Shown here: positions 11,627-23,959 of the stretch, one piece after another | Layout of the letters: each line of letters opens with the position of its first letter | Position numbering within the stretch: the first letter of the stretch is position 1 | NCBI GenBank assembly: GCA_013239625.1 | Contig: MU053520.1 | Location: 400,934-464,933, forward strand | Direction: 5' to 3' | Length of the DNA stretch: 64,000 nucleotides | DNA from: Lama guanicoe | Taxonomy: Eukaryota | Made by a program: the position numbers and the translations under genes | The notes under the pieces: model-generated | The model's input: only the letters and a program-made list of their open reading frames with translations | What the model was told of the DNA's origin: nothing | Databases searched by the model: none

Positions 11627-14464
11627 TTTTTCTAGGCTGTCTAATTTATTGCCATATAATTGCTAATAGTATTCTCTTATGATTTTTTGTATTTCTGTGG
11701 TGTTGGTTGTAATCTCTCCATTTTCATTTCATATTTTGTTTATTTGTGTGCTCTCTCTTTTATTCTTGGTGGACCTGGACAGAGGTTTGTCCATTTTGTT
11801 TACTGTTTCATAAAACCAGGTCTTTGATCTTTTTTTCCTATTTTTAAAAAAAATCTCTGTATTATTTATTTCCTCCCTGATCTTTATTATTTCTTTCCTT
11901 CTACTAACTAGGGGTTTTGTTCTTTTATTTCTAATTCTTTTAGGTGATAGGTTAGATTGCTTATTTGAGATTGTTCTTTTTTGAGGAAGGCCTGTATTAC
12001 TATGAACTTCTCTCTTAGGACTGCTTTTGCTGTGTCCTATAGATTTTGCATGGTTGTGTTTTCATTGTCATTTCTCTCAAAATATTTTTCAGTTTCTTCT
12101 TTGATTTCATTTTTTTTTTTAGTAGCAGGTTGTTCAGTCTCCATGATGCCATTTTTTCCTTCTGCTTTTAATATATCTTGCCACTCCCTTCTGGCCAGCA
12201 GTGTTTGTGCAGAGAAATCAGCTGAAAGTCTTATGGGGTTCCCTTGTAATTAACTTTTTGTTTTTCTCTCGCTGCTTTTAGAAACTTTTCTTTGTCTTTA
12301 AATTTGACCATCTTAATTACACTATGTATTGGTGTACGTCTGTTTGGGTTCTTCTTGTTTGGGACCCTCTGCGCCTCCTATACTTTGATATCTGTTTCCT
12401 TCTTTAGGTTTGGAACATTTTCAATCATGATTTTTTCAAATACCTTTTCAATTCCCTTTTCTCTTTCTTCTCTTTCTGGGACCCCTATTATGTGTAGGTT
12501 GGCATGCTTTATATTATTCAATAGGTCCCTTATATTGCTTTCATTTGGTTTTACTTGCTCTTCTGTCTGCTGTTCTGATTGGGTGACTTCTGTTATCCTG
12601 TCTTCTAAGTCACTTATTTATTCCTCTGCATTACCTAGGCTGTTTCTGACTGCCTTTATCTTGGCTCTTATCTTAGCAATTGTGTTTTCTGTTTTTCATT
12701 GGTTCCTTTTTATAGTATAAATTTCCTTTTGAAAGCATTCTTCGTCTCTAGTGATAGTCTTTTTTAATGCCTTTATTGCATTGACCATTCCCTTTTTTAA
12801 GTCATGATCTAGTAGACTATCAAGGTCTATATCATTGATCATTTTTTCAGGGGATTACTCTTTTTCTTTTAATTGGGAGTAGTTCTTCTGCTCCTTCATT
12901 TTACTTATATTTCTCTGGCTGTGTGGATCTAGGAGTATCAGTTATCTACTGTGGTCTTGAAGGGTTATTTTGTTTTTTGCTTGTTTTTATTTAAAGTGGG
13001 AGTGTTCCTGTGTAGACTGTGTGCATCTGATAGTTTTGTTGTGAGGGCTGCTCTTAATATTGTTGGTTGCCATGTCATTCTTCCATGAGTGCTGGCTGTT
13101 ATCTTTTTGATTGTGTTGTGGTTGGTGTCATGGTGATCAGAACCTGCCCTGATTGTTGTTGTTGATTCCAGTCCTTTTTTTGTTCTGTACTTGTCACAGC
13201 CTTGACAGAGGACTGGTCTGCTCCTCTGTTGTTGAAATAGAGGCTTTTAGCACCATTTCTGTGGTGTGTGGTAGACATAGTAGGAGCACTTCAACTGGGA
13301 AGGAGAGTAGGCAGGAGATGTCCACTGAGAAATGCCTTCTGTGGTGCTGTCTGTTACTTGCTATGCAGGCTTACAAAGTACTCCTTTTTGGCGCTCTCTT
13401 TGTCCCCACCTTAGCTGCAAAATGTTGGCCATCTGCTCTGGTGTCTCCCAGGTTCTGAGCCCCAGGAACCACCAGTGTAGATCCACCAAAGTTAGGTACT
13501 AGGACATGCAAGCATGCAGTCACACACCTGAATATGTGGCGTGACACAATTTTGGTGCAGACAGCAGCCCTGCCTCCACATACAGTGTGGTACACCAGCT
13601 TGTTGTAGATATCCATACTTGTCTCCACTGTGAGTCAGAACTCTGCTCACTGCCGTTTCATCCCAGAGGCATGGATCCACAAAAGGTCCAGAGAGAGAAA
13701 ATCCACTCTTTGCCTCGGTCTGTAAACAAACCTCAGTCCTGCCTGTGAAGTTGCATGGATTCAGCTTTCAGCCCCACTTCTGCACAGCAATGTTGGCTAT
13801 GACCAAGCCCCATCTCTCTTCTCCTGAGAGCACATCAATAATGGAACCAAGTGGAGAAAACAGCTATGGTGTGACTGCCTTTTGCCCCTCCCCCACACAA
13901 CTCAGTGGTATTTTTCTATTGGGGTGTCCCAGGCTGTTCTGATCCCCACACACTCCCAACCAGAGTTCACACTGCCTTCAGTCCCCTGAGTCTGCCTCTG
14001 TGCCTTAGACTGCAGCCCTCTGCCTGGGCTCTTCATGATCTCCAGCAGCCAGTCTTGGCTCATCCCTGCAGGCTCACCTCTAGGGCTGAGGATCACAATG
14101 ATCCTCTGTGTCAGTTTCCCTAAGTTCTGTCTGCCAAGCAGTTGCCACTTTGTCCTCCATGCCTCAGAATCTCTGTTTCTGTCTCTGCTGACCTCCCGGC
14201 TGGAGAGGAGGCATCCCAGTGTGAGGATTCCTTTCTTCCTATGCCACTTCCTCCCCATAGGACCAGACCTGCACTAATTTTTTCTGTCTACTTTTTTTTT
14301 CTTACCAGATTTTGGGAGAATCCTCCTGTATTTTGAAATGAGAGACACTCTGCCAGAGGTCAGTAGGTGTTCTACAAATGGGTTTGTAGATGTAATTCTT
14401 GGTGTAATTGTGGGAGAGGATGAGCTGTGTGTCTCTCTACTCTGCCATCTCGGCTCAACCTCCC
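11160..14464 (-). mobile_element. L1 with intact 5' end (5'UTR, decayed ORF1, part of ORF2); internally deleted and 3'-truncated
   Basis: Sense start GGGAGGTTGAGCCGAGATGGCAG near 14464; ORF1 ATG at 12899 (MKEQKNYSQLKE, then a stop); ORF1 jumps into post-endonuclease ORF2 near 12145; ORF 11147-11626 gives ORF2 peptide ([39 protein letters not shown]); no 3'UTR or poly(A). Confidence 0.92.
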
Positions 14465-15156
14465 CTACTTCTTCTTTTTATGGTCTATGATTGATATCCT
14501 GTGAAGTCCATGAAAATGATAAATATTAAAAAGTAGTTTGTGTATATTGTTAGTTAATCATTGTATACATTATTCAAATAGAAATTCAGTACTTACTCTT
14601 TCATAAAAAATGGACTATATTTTTTAGCCTATTTTTTGAATTTACTGCAAAATAAAAATTATTCAAAACTAAAATATGAATTAAAAGTTGTGGAAATATT
14701 TTGTAGTGTCATAGCTTAATATCAGACATGCTAAAAACTACATGGCAAGAATGTTCATTAATTAATGTGTCTTACATCCAGTCTGCCAAATCTCTCTTTC
14801 TTGGCATGTATTTCTTGTGTTTGTCACTAGCTCTGTTAATGATGGGCTGACTTTTACCAATATCAGCTTATTTGAAAGCAATTAATAGTAATAATATTCA
14901 ATTAAAAATGAAAAATCTAGGGCAATTGCTAAACCGGATGGAATTTGTGACAATAGTAAAGATTAGGGATATAGTTACCATACCCTTAACCTGCCACAAC
15001 ATCACTTATTCTCACTTATGCAGTAGCTCACGTAGGCCCCTGTGAATCATAAACAATATTTTCTTCTACTTTATGTGATGATTCTCCAGTTTCAGTGCCA
15101 AGACTTCCTGGTCACATGGTTTCTGCTTCTCGTATTATCATCAATTCTCTTGCAGC

Positions 15157-15819
15157 AATTTCTGCAGCTGTCATCCCCTCTCAATGGTACCCACATTGAC
15201 ACTGCTGTAAGCAATCTTCTCTAGTTGCCAAGTTGAAATGTGGAATACATACCTTCCTCCCAATTATGTTGAGGTTTTATTATTAGACTGGTAAGCAGGG
15301 CAGAATCACACTCTCAGTTTCTTACAGTGCTTTATTTTTGTACCTTTATTCAGTTCATTATATTTCTCCATTCTTTAGTAATTTGACATAAGTTCTCTGG
15401 AGACATAAATCTAGAGATTATTGGAATGATTCCACTTTCTTATTTTTAACCTTATTTCCATGTGCTTCCTTTGGAATGTATACCTTTTAATTTCTGCAGC
15501 TGTCATCCCCTCTCAATGGTACCCACATTGACACTGCTGTAAGCAATCTTCTCTAGTTGCCAAGTTGAAATGTGGAATACATACCTTCCTCCTAATTATG
15601 TTGAGTTTTATTATTAGACTGGTAAGTAGGGCAGAATCACACTCTCAGTTTCCTACAGTGCTTTATTTTTGTACCTTTATTCAGTTCATTATATTTCTCC
15701 ATTCTTTAGTAATTTGACATAAGTTCTCTGGAGACATAAATCTAGAGATTATTGGAATGATTCCACTTTCTTATTTTTAACCTTATTTCCATGTGCTTCC
15801 TTTGGAATGTATACCTTTT
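15157..15819. repeat. Direct tandem duplication, 2 x ~332 bp
   Basis: aatttctgcagctgtcatcccc starts at 15157 and again at 15489; about 4 differences seen (3 substitutions, one 1-bp indel). Confidence 0.95.
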
Positions 15820-17249
15820 ACAGGAACACTTCCTAGAGATTAAGACTTAGTCAATATTTTATTACTTCTCAATTCTTAATCCTAGGAAACAGCCATTACC
15901 CAACACATCTCACCCTGGACTCTTCAATAAATGCAATTAGTGATTTATGTAGATCAAATTTCAGGGAGATGGGTGGAAAAACTTTCCTTAGCAAGATAGA
16001 ATTTACGTGGGTTACATAGTTTGGATTGTTAACCTGGAATCATCTACACATAAATAATGGCAGTTCAATATAAAAATGTTGCAATTCTTGTTTGTTTCAA
16101 TGAGAACAAAAGAGTGAGTCTAATAAAATTATACAGAAAAGATGAAATTTGAGGTAGATTGTAATAAATAAACAAGAATTGCTTATGCAAATAGAGGAAG
16201 GGTATTTTTTAAGTAGAATAACTTTTCAATAAATGTGAAAATTTGTGACCTATTAGAATATTAATTAGTGATTCTGACAGACAGAATGGAGAGTTTTTTG
16301 GCAGGAAGAAATAGGAGTTAGATATTGTCAAAAACTTTGTCACACTAAGACATCTGGAGTTTATTTGGTTGAAGCAGCAGACAGATTGTTAAATAGTTGA
16401 GTGGAATATATATACAGATATATACATAGTAACTCTTAGATATAGATATATACAGTAATAACTCTTATTGAAGTTTAGTCAATAGGTAAAAATGGAGTAA
16501 GTCAGAAGAGAGAATCTTACTAGGAGACAGTTAAAGTATTCTAAAAGAGAGATTTATGTTATAATTACAGATTTGCAGGTGCCTGAAGATTCTATTCAGG
16601 GGCCTGACCATATGTGTTTTTAACAAGAAGAATCATCAATTATTTAACTCATTATAAAGTCAGAAAGTTACATACTCACAGTATTCTGGGTGAGAAGATC
16701 AAGATATCAATCATTTCTTTGTTAGTTTGAAAGATTGTAAGATGAATCAAGACCTAATGTCAGGGAAGGGTAGCAAGATAACTTTGGAGTAGAAAGAAAT
16801 ATGGCCACTACGTCAACTCCTACAAAAATTCAGGTAGTCAAGTGGACCTAGTTCTGAGTCAATAAATAATAGAACTTGCACTGACAGCCCTCTTGTAGAA
16901 GCCCTAGAAGTAAACATATAAATGTAATATTTTTGACATAAAATGTCATTAACATAATATCAGAGGAATATGGGGATTTATACTCCCTGTGTCATTAAAA
17001 ATATTGATGATAAAGAGTCTAATGATAAGACAGTAGCAAATAAATGAACCCATTAGGAAAAATAAAACACCTTAAGGAAATCTTGGATTATTATGAGAAA
17101 ATTGAAGGTAAAAACATTCTGCTGGTTACAGGTAAGATGGGGACTTAAGTCATTTGATTGTAATGTTTAACTGAAGTATGACCTTATTTTCCCCTTAGAA
17201 GACGAACTTCTGATGATGATGATACAACAATAATGATAAAATTAATAGG

Positions 17250-17450
17250 AACTGAAGAATATAAGGTGGTTAATATGCTCCAGAAACACTTCTAAGTGTT
17301 TAGTAAGCATTGTCATCACTTTCTGAGTAAAAGCTCATTATCTTCATTTTACTGTGAAATATATTGATGCTAAAACAGATTATTTACATTAAACAAATTT
17401 TTAGTCAAGTTGTTAGAGTTATTTTTAATTAAATAAATCTAATTCTGTAG
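17250..17450 (-). mobile_element. MIR relic interrupted by the L1 at ~17454
   Basis: ccagaaacacttctaagtgttt...cattatcttcattttactgtgaaatatattgatgct antisense MIR core pattern. Confidence 0.5.
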
Positions 17451-17453
17451 TAT

Positions 17454-19046
17454 AATACTACAGAGCTACAGTAATCAAAATGGCATGATACTGGCATCAA
17501 AACAGACATATGGATCAATGAAACAGAATAGAGAGCCCAGAAATAAACCCACAGACCTATGGTCAATTAATCTTTGACAAAGAAGGCAAGAATATACAAT
17601 GGAGAAAACTGTCTCTTCAGCAAGTGGTGTTGGGAAAACCGGATAGCACCATGTAAATCAATGAAGTTAGAACACTCCCTCACTCCATAAGCAAAAATAA
17701 ACTCAAAATGGCTTAAATACTTAAATATAAGACAAGGCATAATAAATCTCCTAGAAGAAAACATAGACAAAACATTCTTTGACAAAAATCTTAGCAATGT
17801 TCTCCTAGGAAAGTCTACCCAGGCAATAGAAATAAGAGCAGAAATAAGCAAATGGGAACTTATTCAACTTACAAGCTGTTGCATAACAAAGGAAATCATA
17901 AGCAAAACAAAACAACAACTTATGGAATGAAAGAAAATATTTGCAAATGATGCAACTGACAAAGGCTTAATTTCCAGAATGTTTAAACAACTCATACAAC
18001 TTAACAACAACAACAGCAACAACAACAAAAAATACTAAACAACTCAATCCAAAAATGGGCATAAGACCAAAACAAACAATTCTCCAATGAAGAATACAAA
18101 TTGGCCATTTGTATAAAAGGCCAATAGGCACATGAGAAAATGCTCAATATCACTAATTATCAGAAAAATGCAAATTAAAACTATAATGCAGTATCACCTC
18201 ACACCAGTCAGAATGACCATCATTCAAAAGTCCATGAAAGACAAATGCTGGAGATGGTGTGGAGATAAAGGAACTGTCCTACACTGCTGGTGGGGATGTA
18301 GCTTGGTGCAGCCATTATGAAAAAAAGTAGAGAGACTCCTCAAAAAACTAAAAATAGACTTACTATATGATCCAGGAATCCCACTCCTGGGCATATATCT
18401 GAAGGGAACCTAAATTCAAAAAAATACATGCACCCCAGTGTTCATAGCAGCATTATTTACAATAGCAAACATATGGAAGTAACCTAAATGTCCATTGGTA
18501 GATGACTGGATAAAGATGTTGTGGAATATTTATACAGTAGAACACTACTCAGCCATAAAAAATAATAAAATAATGCTATTTGCAGCAACAGGAATGAGCC
18601 TGGAGATCAACATTCTAAGTGAAGTAAGCCAGAAAGAGAAAGAAAAATACAATATAATATCACTCATATGTGGATTTAAAATAAATAAATAAATAAATAA
18701 ACAAAAGACACTATGAACTCATCTACAAAGCAGAAACAGACTTGCAGGCATAGTAAACAATCTTATGATTACTGGGGAAAGGGGGTGTGAAGGGATGAAT
18801 TTGGGAGTTTGATATTTACAAATGTTAGCCACTATATATAAAAATAGATTTGTAAAAGTTTCTGCTATCTAGCACAGTGAATTATGTTCAATATCTTATA
18901 ATAACCTTTAATAAAAAATATGAAATTGAATATACATATGTATATGCATGACTGGGACATTCTGCTGTACACCAGAAATTGACACATTGTAGCTGATGGT
19001 ACTTCAATTTAAAAAGAATGAATGAATGAATGAATAAATAAATAAA
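17454..19046 (+). mobile_element. 5'-truncated L1 (ORF2 C-terminus and 3'UTR) with (GAAT)n/(AAAT)n tail
   Basis: ORF2 C-terminal peptides in ORFs 18132-18320 and 18495-18692 ([26 protein letters not shown]); possible TSD tagtataa 17448-17455 / tagtgtaa 19047-19054. Confidence 0.93.
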
Positions 19047-19070
19047 TAGTGTAAATATTCTTATGTGTTT

Positions 19071-19270
19071 NNNNNNNNNNNNNNNNNNNNNNNNNNNNNN
19101 NNNNNNNNNNNNNNNNNNNNNNNNNNNNNNNNNNNNNNNNNNNNNNNNNNNNNNNNNNNNNNNNNNNNNNNNNNNNNNNNNNNNNNNNNNNNNNNNNNNN
19201 NNNNNNNNNNNNNNNNNNNNNNNNNNNNNNNNNNNNNNNNNNNNNNNNNNNNNNNNNNNNNNNNNNNNNN
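19071..19270. other. Assembly gap (200 N)
   Basis: Run of N. Confidence 1.
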
Positions 19271-19364
19271 GCCAACTGAGCATCAGCTCTCCAGGGAAAA
19301 TCAAAGCAATCCTTAAAGGTGCATTTAAGTCTCAAAGATACGAGGCTCTACTGGAGTCTTCCTG

Positions 19365-20200
19365 TTCTTTTTTTATAATTTAACTCCTCTATGACCAGAG
19401 AACTACATTATACAGTGTCAGGCCTTTGGAATTTGTTGAACCATGGCTTATGACCCAGCATATGGATAATTTTTAGAAATGTTGTTTGTGTGCTTGAAAT
19501 GACTGCTTAAATTGCTGTTGTCAATCATTGTATGTATATATGAATCAGATCAACTTCGTTTTCATTAAATAACTATAATATATTTGTCTGTTCATTTTAT
19601 CAAGTGCTGAGTACATGAAAAATTTCCCATAGTATATTTTTATCCTGTATTTGTATTTTTTTCAGTTCTGCAAGTGTGTATATATATCCATATATATATG
19701 TGTGTATATGTAATGAGGTTTTGATATTCTTGAAATTAAGAAATGTTAGATATTCTTGATGAGTTCAACATCTAACAATATGAACTGCCTTTTTTTTGTT
19801 ACTGCAAATGTTTTGTCTTGAAGTCTAGTTATCTATTACTTGGCTACATAAACTTTCTTTTGTCTGTTGTTTATGTGAATAACTTTTCTCCATTTTTTTG
19901 TATCTATTTATTTAAGATATTTATCACGTAAACAGAATATTGTTCTTGTAGTTAATTGTTGCTTTTGTCTTTCAACTGGAGTAGTCAGGTTATCTGTCAG
20001 ACTGTTACAATTTATTTTGACATTAAATTTATCATTAGCCTTCACACGTGTTCTGTTTCTAGTACTCTCCTTTTTTGATTTGGCTTAGTATTTTGAAATA
20101 TCCCTCTCCACTACTGGCTTGTTAGTTCTACATAATTTTACCACAGACCCTGAAGATTACAAGACAGATTCTCGCCTTAGGGCTTTAGCACTCTTTCACT
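19365..20200 (-). mobile_element. Ancient L1ME-type ORF2 fragment (duplicated at ~21440-22540)
   Basis: atgaccagagaac...tttggaatttgttga...ttatgacccagcatatgg...tgtgtgcttgaaa and tttgtcttgaagtcta motifs. Confidence 0.65.
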
Positions 20201-20469
20201 ACATTTCTTCTCTTCATCGTTTGCATGCTTATTGTTTATTAAGTCAGTATAAGCTGGAAAGCTAGCTTCAATTCAAAACAATTTTGTATTCAAAGTCATT
20301 GTTATATGTTGATTTTTTTCCATTTGTACTCACTGATTCTGAACATCATGCATATAATACAGTACACTGAAGGGATTTTCCCCAAGAACAAACTACTAAC
20401 ATCCACAAGGCAAAGGGCCTGATGATAAGAAGAGGGATCTTGGAGGTTTTCTTTAACAATCAGAGCATT

Positions 20470-20900
20470 AAAGTGTATTCATTTGGAGCCTACTATGTGC
20501 CAGACACTATACTGGACTTTGAAGATTTAATAGTAAGCAAGAAAGATATGTTCACTGCCTTGTATAATAGTAACAGGGATTAAGATACAATCAGTCCAGT
20601 TATTGTGAGTTTCACATGCTTGTTTAAGGAAACAAGTAAAGGAATACAGTGAAGAGCCTGAATATGGGCAACGTGGATGAGACTGCTAGGGTTACCACAG
20701 AAAGTGTCTCTACTATTGAACATTTGCGCCCTTATGCCCTTATCTCAAGGATGAAACAAAGCTACGGTGCCAACAGGCAGGCAAAGTGTGGTCCATTTGA
20801 GGGAAAACAGGAGTTATTGCTTGTATTTCAACCCATGTGCTTGATGATAATGTCAAATTTGGATCTAGCACATTAGAAGATGGCAGAATTCAACACTGAG
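20470..20900 (-). mobile_element. L2 3' fragment (duplicated at ~22820-23250)
   Basis: attcatttggagcctactatgtgccagacactatactgg L2 tail motif. Confidence 0.65.
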
Positions 20901-21094
20901 AAGCCTGGGTTACTGAACAAATACTTGAAGAAGACTCCCTTCTCCACTTGAAAACAAACATTTTAGATATTAACTGAGCACGAAATAAAATGGTCTCATA
21001 TTTAAATAAATAAATAGTGTAAATATTGGATGAAGTTTTTTTTTTCCTTTCAGAGGGAAGCTGTTTTCATGAACCTGGTTTGTTTTTTAATTAA

Positions 21095-21356
21095 CAGAAG
21101 GGAGATTGTGCATTGTGTCATGATTTACTTTCAAGTTGTTATAACGATAACATTCACTAATTGCAGAAGAGAACTTTTTTAAAAGAGATGACAGAGCCTA
21201 AGGTGATTACACCTGGAGACCTTAATAATGATAATAAAACAGCTCCCATAAAGAAAAAAATAAATCTACCTCACAAGATTATGCTCTATGCTGATGATCT
21301 GGTTTTATCCTTAACCCTTGTCAAAAATGTTAAAGTATTGATTAGGCCAACTGAGA
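21095..21356 (+). mobile_element. Ancient non-L1 LINE reverse-transcriptase relic (possibly L4/RTE-X)
   Basis: ORF 21161-21460 contains IMLYADDLVLSLT (YADD at 21287-21298); upstream ctttcaagttgttataacgat resembles a decayed LFNLYIND motif. Confidence 0.55.
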
Positions 21357-21806
21357 CCATCAGCTCTCCAGGGAAAATCAAAGCAATCCTTAAAGGTGCA
21401 TTTAAGTCTCAAAGATACGAGGCTCTACTGGAGTCTTCCTGTTCTTTGTTTATAATTTAACTCCTCTATGACCAGAGAACTACATTATACAGTGTCAGGC
21501 CTTTGGAATTTGTTGAACCATGGCTTATGACCCAGCAGATGGATAATTTTTAGAAATGTTGTTTGTGTGCTTGAAATGACTGTTTAAATTGCTGTTGCCA
21601 ATCATTGTATGTATATATGAATCAGATCAACTTCGTTTTCATTAAATAACTATAATATATTTGTCTGTTCATTTTATCAAGTGCTGAGTACATGAAAAAT
21701 TTCCCATAGTATATTTTTATCCTGTATTTGTATTTTTTTCAGTTCTGCAAGTGTGTATATATATCCATATATATATGTGTGTATATGTAATGAGGTTTTG
21801 ATATTC

Positions 21807-22346
21807 TTGAAATTAAGAAATGTTAGATATTCTTGATGAGTTCAACATCTAACAATATGAACTGCCTTTTTTTTGTTACTGCAAATGTTTTGTCTTGAAG
21901 TCTAGTTATCTATTACTTGGCTACATAAACTTTCTTTTGTCTGTTGTTTATGTGAATAACTTTTCTCCATTTTTTTGTAACTATTTATTTAAGATATTTA
22001 TCACGTAAACAGAATATTGTTCTTGTTGTAGTTAATTGTTGCTTTTGTCTTTCAACTGGAGTAGTCAGGTTATCTATTTGAAATTAAGAAATGTTAGATA
22101 TTTTTGATGAGTTCAACATCTAACAATATGAACTGCTTTTTTTTTGTTACTGCACATGTTTTGTCTTGAAGTCTAGTTATCTATTACTTGGCTACATAAA
22201 CTTTCTTTTGTCTGTTGTTTATGTGAATAACTTTTCTCCATTTTTTTGTAACTATTTATTTAAGATATTTATCACGTAAACAGAATATTGTTCTTGTTGT
22301 AGTTAATTGTTGCTTTTGTCTTTCAACTCGAGTAGTCAGGTTATCT
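21807..22346. repeat. Nested tandem duplication, 2 x ~270 bp, in the second unit only
   Basis: ttgaaattaagaaatgttagata starts at 21807 and at 22078, both copies ending gtagtcaggttatct; single copy in the first unit (~19730-19995). Confidence 0.95.
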
Positions 22347-23959
22347 GTCAGACTGTTACAATTTATTTTGACATTAAATTTATCATTAGCCTTCACATGT
22401 GTTCTGTTTCTAGTACTCTCCTTTTTTGATTTGGCTTAGTATTTTGAAATATCCCTCTCCACTACTGGCTTGTTAGTTCTACATAATTTTACCACAGACC
22501 CTGAAGATTACAAGACAGATTCTCACCTTAGGGCTTTAGCACTCTTTCACTACATTTCTTCTTTTCATCGTTTGCATGCTTATTGTTTATTAAGTCAGTA
22601 TAAGCTGGAAAGCTAGCTTCAATTCAAAACAATTTTGTATTCAAAGTCATTGTTATATGTTGATTTTTTTCCATTTGTACTCACTGATTCTGAACATCAT
22701 GCATATAATACAGTACACTGAAGGGATTTTCCCCAAGAACAAACTACTAACATCCACAAGGCAAAGGGCCTGATGATAAGAAGAGGGATCTTGGAGGTTT
22801 TCTTTAACAATCAGAGCATTAAAGTGTATTCATTTGGAGCCTACTATGTGCCAGACACTATACTGGACTTTGAAGATTTAATAGTAAGCAAGAAAGATAT
22901 GTTCACTGCCTTGTATAATAGTAACAGGGATTAAGATACAATCAGTCCAGTTATTGTGAGTTTCACATGCTTGTTTAAGGAAACAAGTAAAGGAATACAG
23001 TGAAGAGCCTGAATATGGGCAACATGGATGAGACTGCTAGGGTTACCACAGAAAGTGTCTCTACTATTGAACATTTGCGCCCTTATGCCCTTATCTCAAG
23101 GATGAAACAAAGCTACGGTGCCAACAGGCAGGCAAAGTGTGGTCCATTTGAGGGAAAACAGGAGTTATTGCTTGTATTTCAACCCATGTGCTTGATGATA
23201 ATGTCAAATTTGGATCTAGCACATTAGAAGATGGCAGAATTCAACACTGAGAAGCCTGGGTTACTGAACAAATACTTGAAGAAGACTCCCTTCTCCACTT
23301 GAAAACAAACATTTTAGATATTAACTGAGCACGAAATAAAATGGTCTCATATTTAGGCTATTATATATTTTGAAGTTCACATATTAGAGTTGTTTGCAAC
23401 ACTGTAACTCATTCTCTTAAGGGAAGAATCTTAATTTTATTCTAAGTACAAAGCAAAATTATTGAAGACTCTGAGTAATGACATAGTATGATCAGACTCT
23501 TATTGAAATATGGAAAATGGATACGAGGAGGGCAGGGATGGAAGGAATAGGAGAGTTAAAAGGTCAGAAGGCTGCTCCTGCAAAGAATGTTCCAGACTAA
23601 ATATGAGACAGTGTATGTAGCGAAGAATGGACATATTTTGTGCAATTATCAGTAATATATTTTTGGAAATTTAATAGCTTTGCTTCTAAGATTTGTGTGT
23701 GCAGATAAAGTGTGTGATAGGTATTTCCCTTCTTAACACATACTACAAAAATAAGTACATTAATGAGCTGTTAATGTGGACATTTCATACTATTGATGGG
23801 AAGATGACAGTTTCACATATCTACACATAAAATTTAAGATGCACACATAATAGCATGTATTAGATTTAGGCAAACATCTCAACTATGCATATTGTTAGCA
23901 AAAGCAGGTTTTGGCAATTGTTAAAACAGCAACAGGACATAAAAAATCAAAACCAAAAA

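Larger units (their letters stand above)
19035..23355. repeat. ~2-kb tandem duplication (units ~19035-21002 and 21003-23355)
   Basis: 19271-21004 recurs at ~21347-23355 with about 11 differences; 21003-21027 repeats 19035-19059; ORFs 20649 and 23000 differ by one residue. Confidence 0.95.

Noticed and set aside
12292..12720. 142-aa hydrophobic ORF resembling a membrane protein
   Set aside because: It is the antisense reading of A-rich L1 ORF1, so the hydrophobicity comes from T-rich codons.
17444..17464. Palindrome tctgtagtat-a-atactacaga at an L1 5' junction
   Set aside because: The arms are only 10 bp and overlap MIR-derived flank and the probable TSD, so it may be coincidence.
11160..19046. 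The minus-strand L1 5' part and plus-strand L1 3' part as one element split by a 6-kb inversion
   Set aside because: The 17454 element has its own plausible TSD and sits within a MIR relic, and no shared TSD is convincing.
18888..19383. Long ORFs across the gap (also 55552-55896)
   Set aside because: Artefacts of N runs and microsatellites.
20649..23227. Two near-identical 75-aa ORFs suggesting a gene pair
   Set aside because: GTG-start frames in a duplicated L2 relic, with no recognisable domain or splice context.
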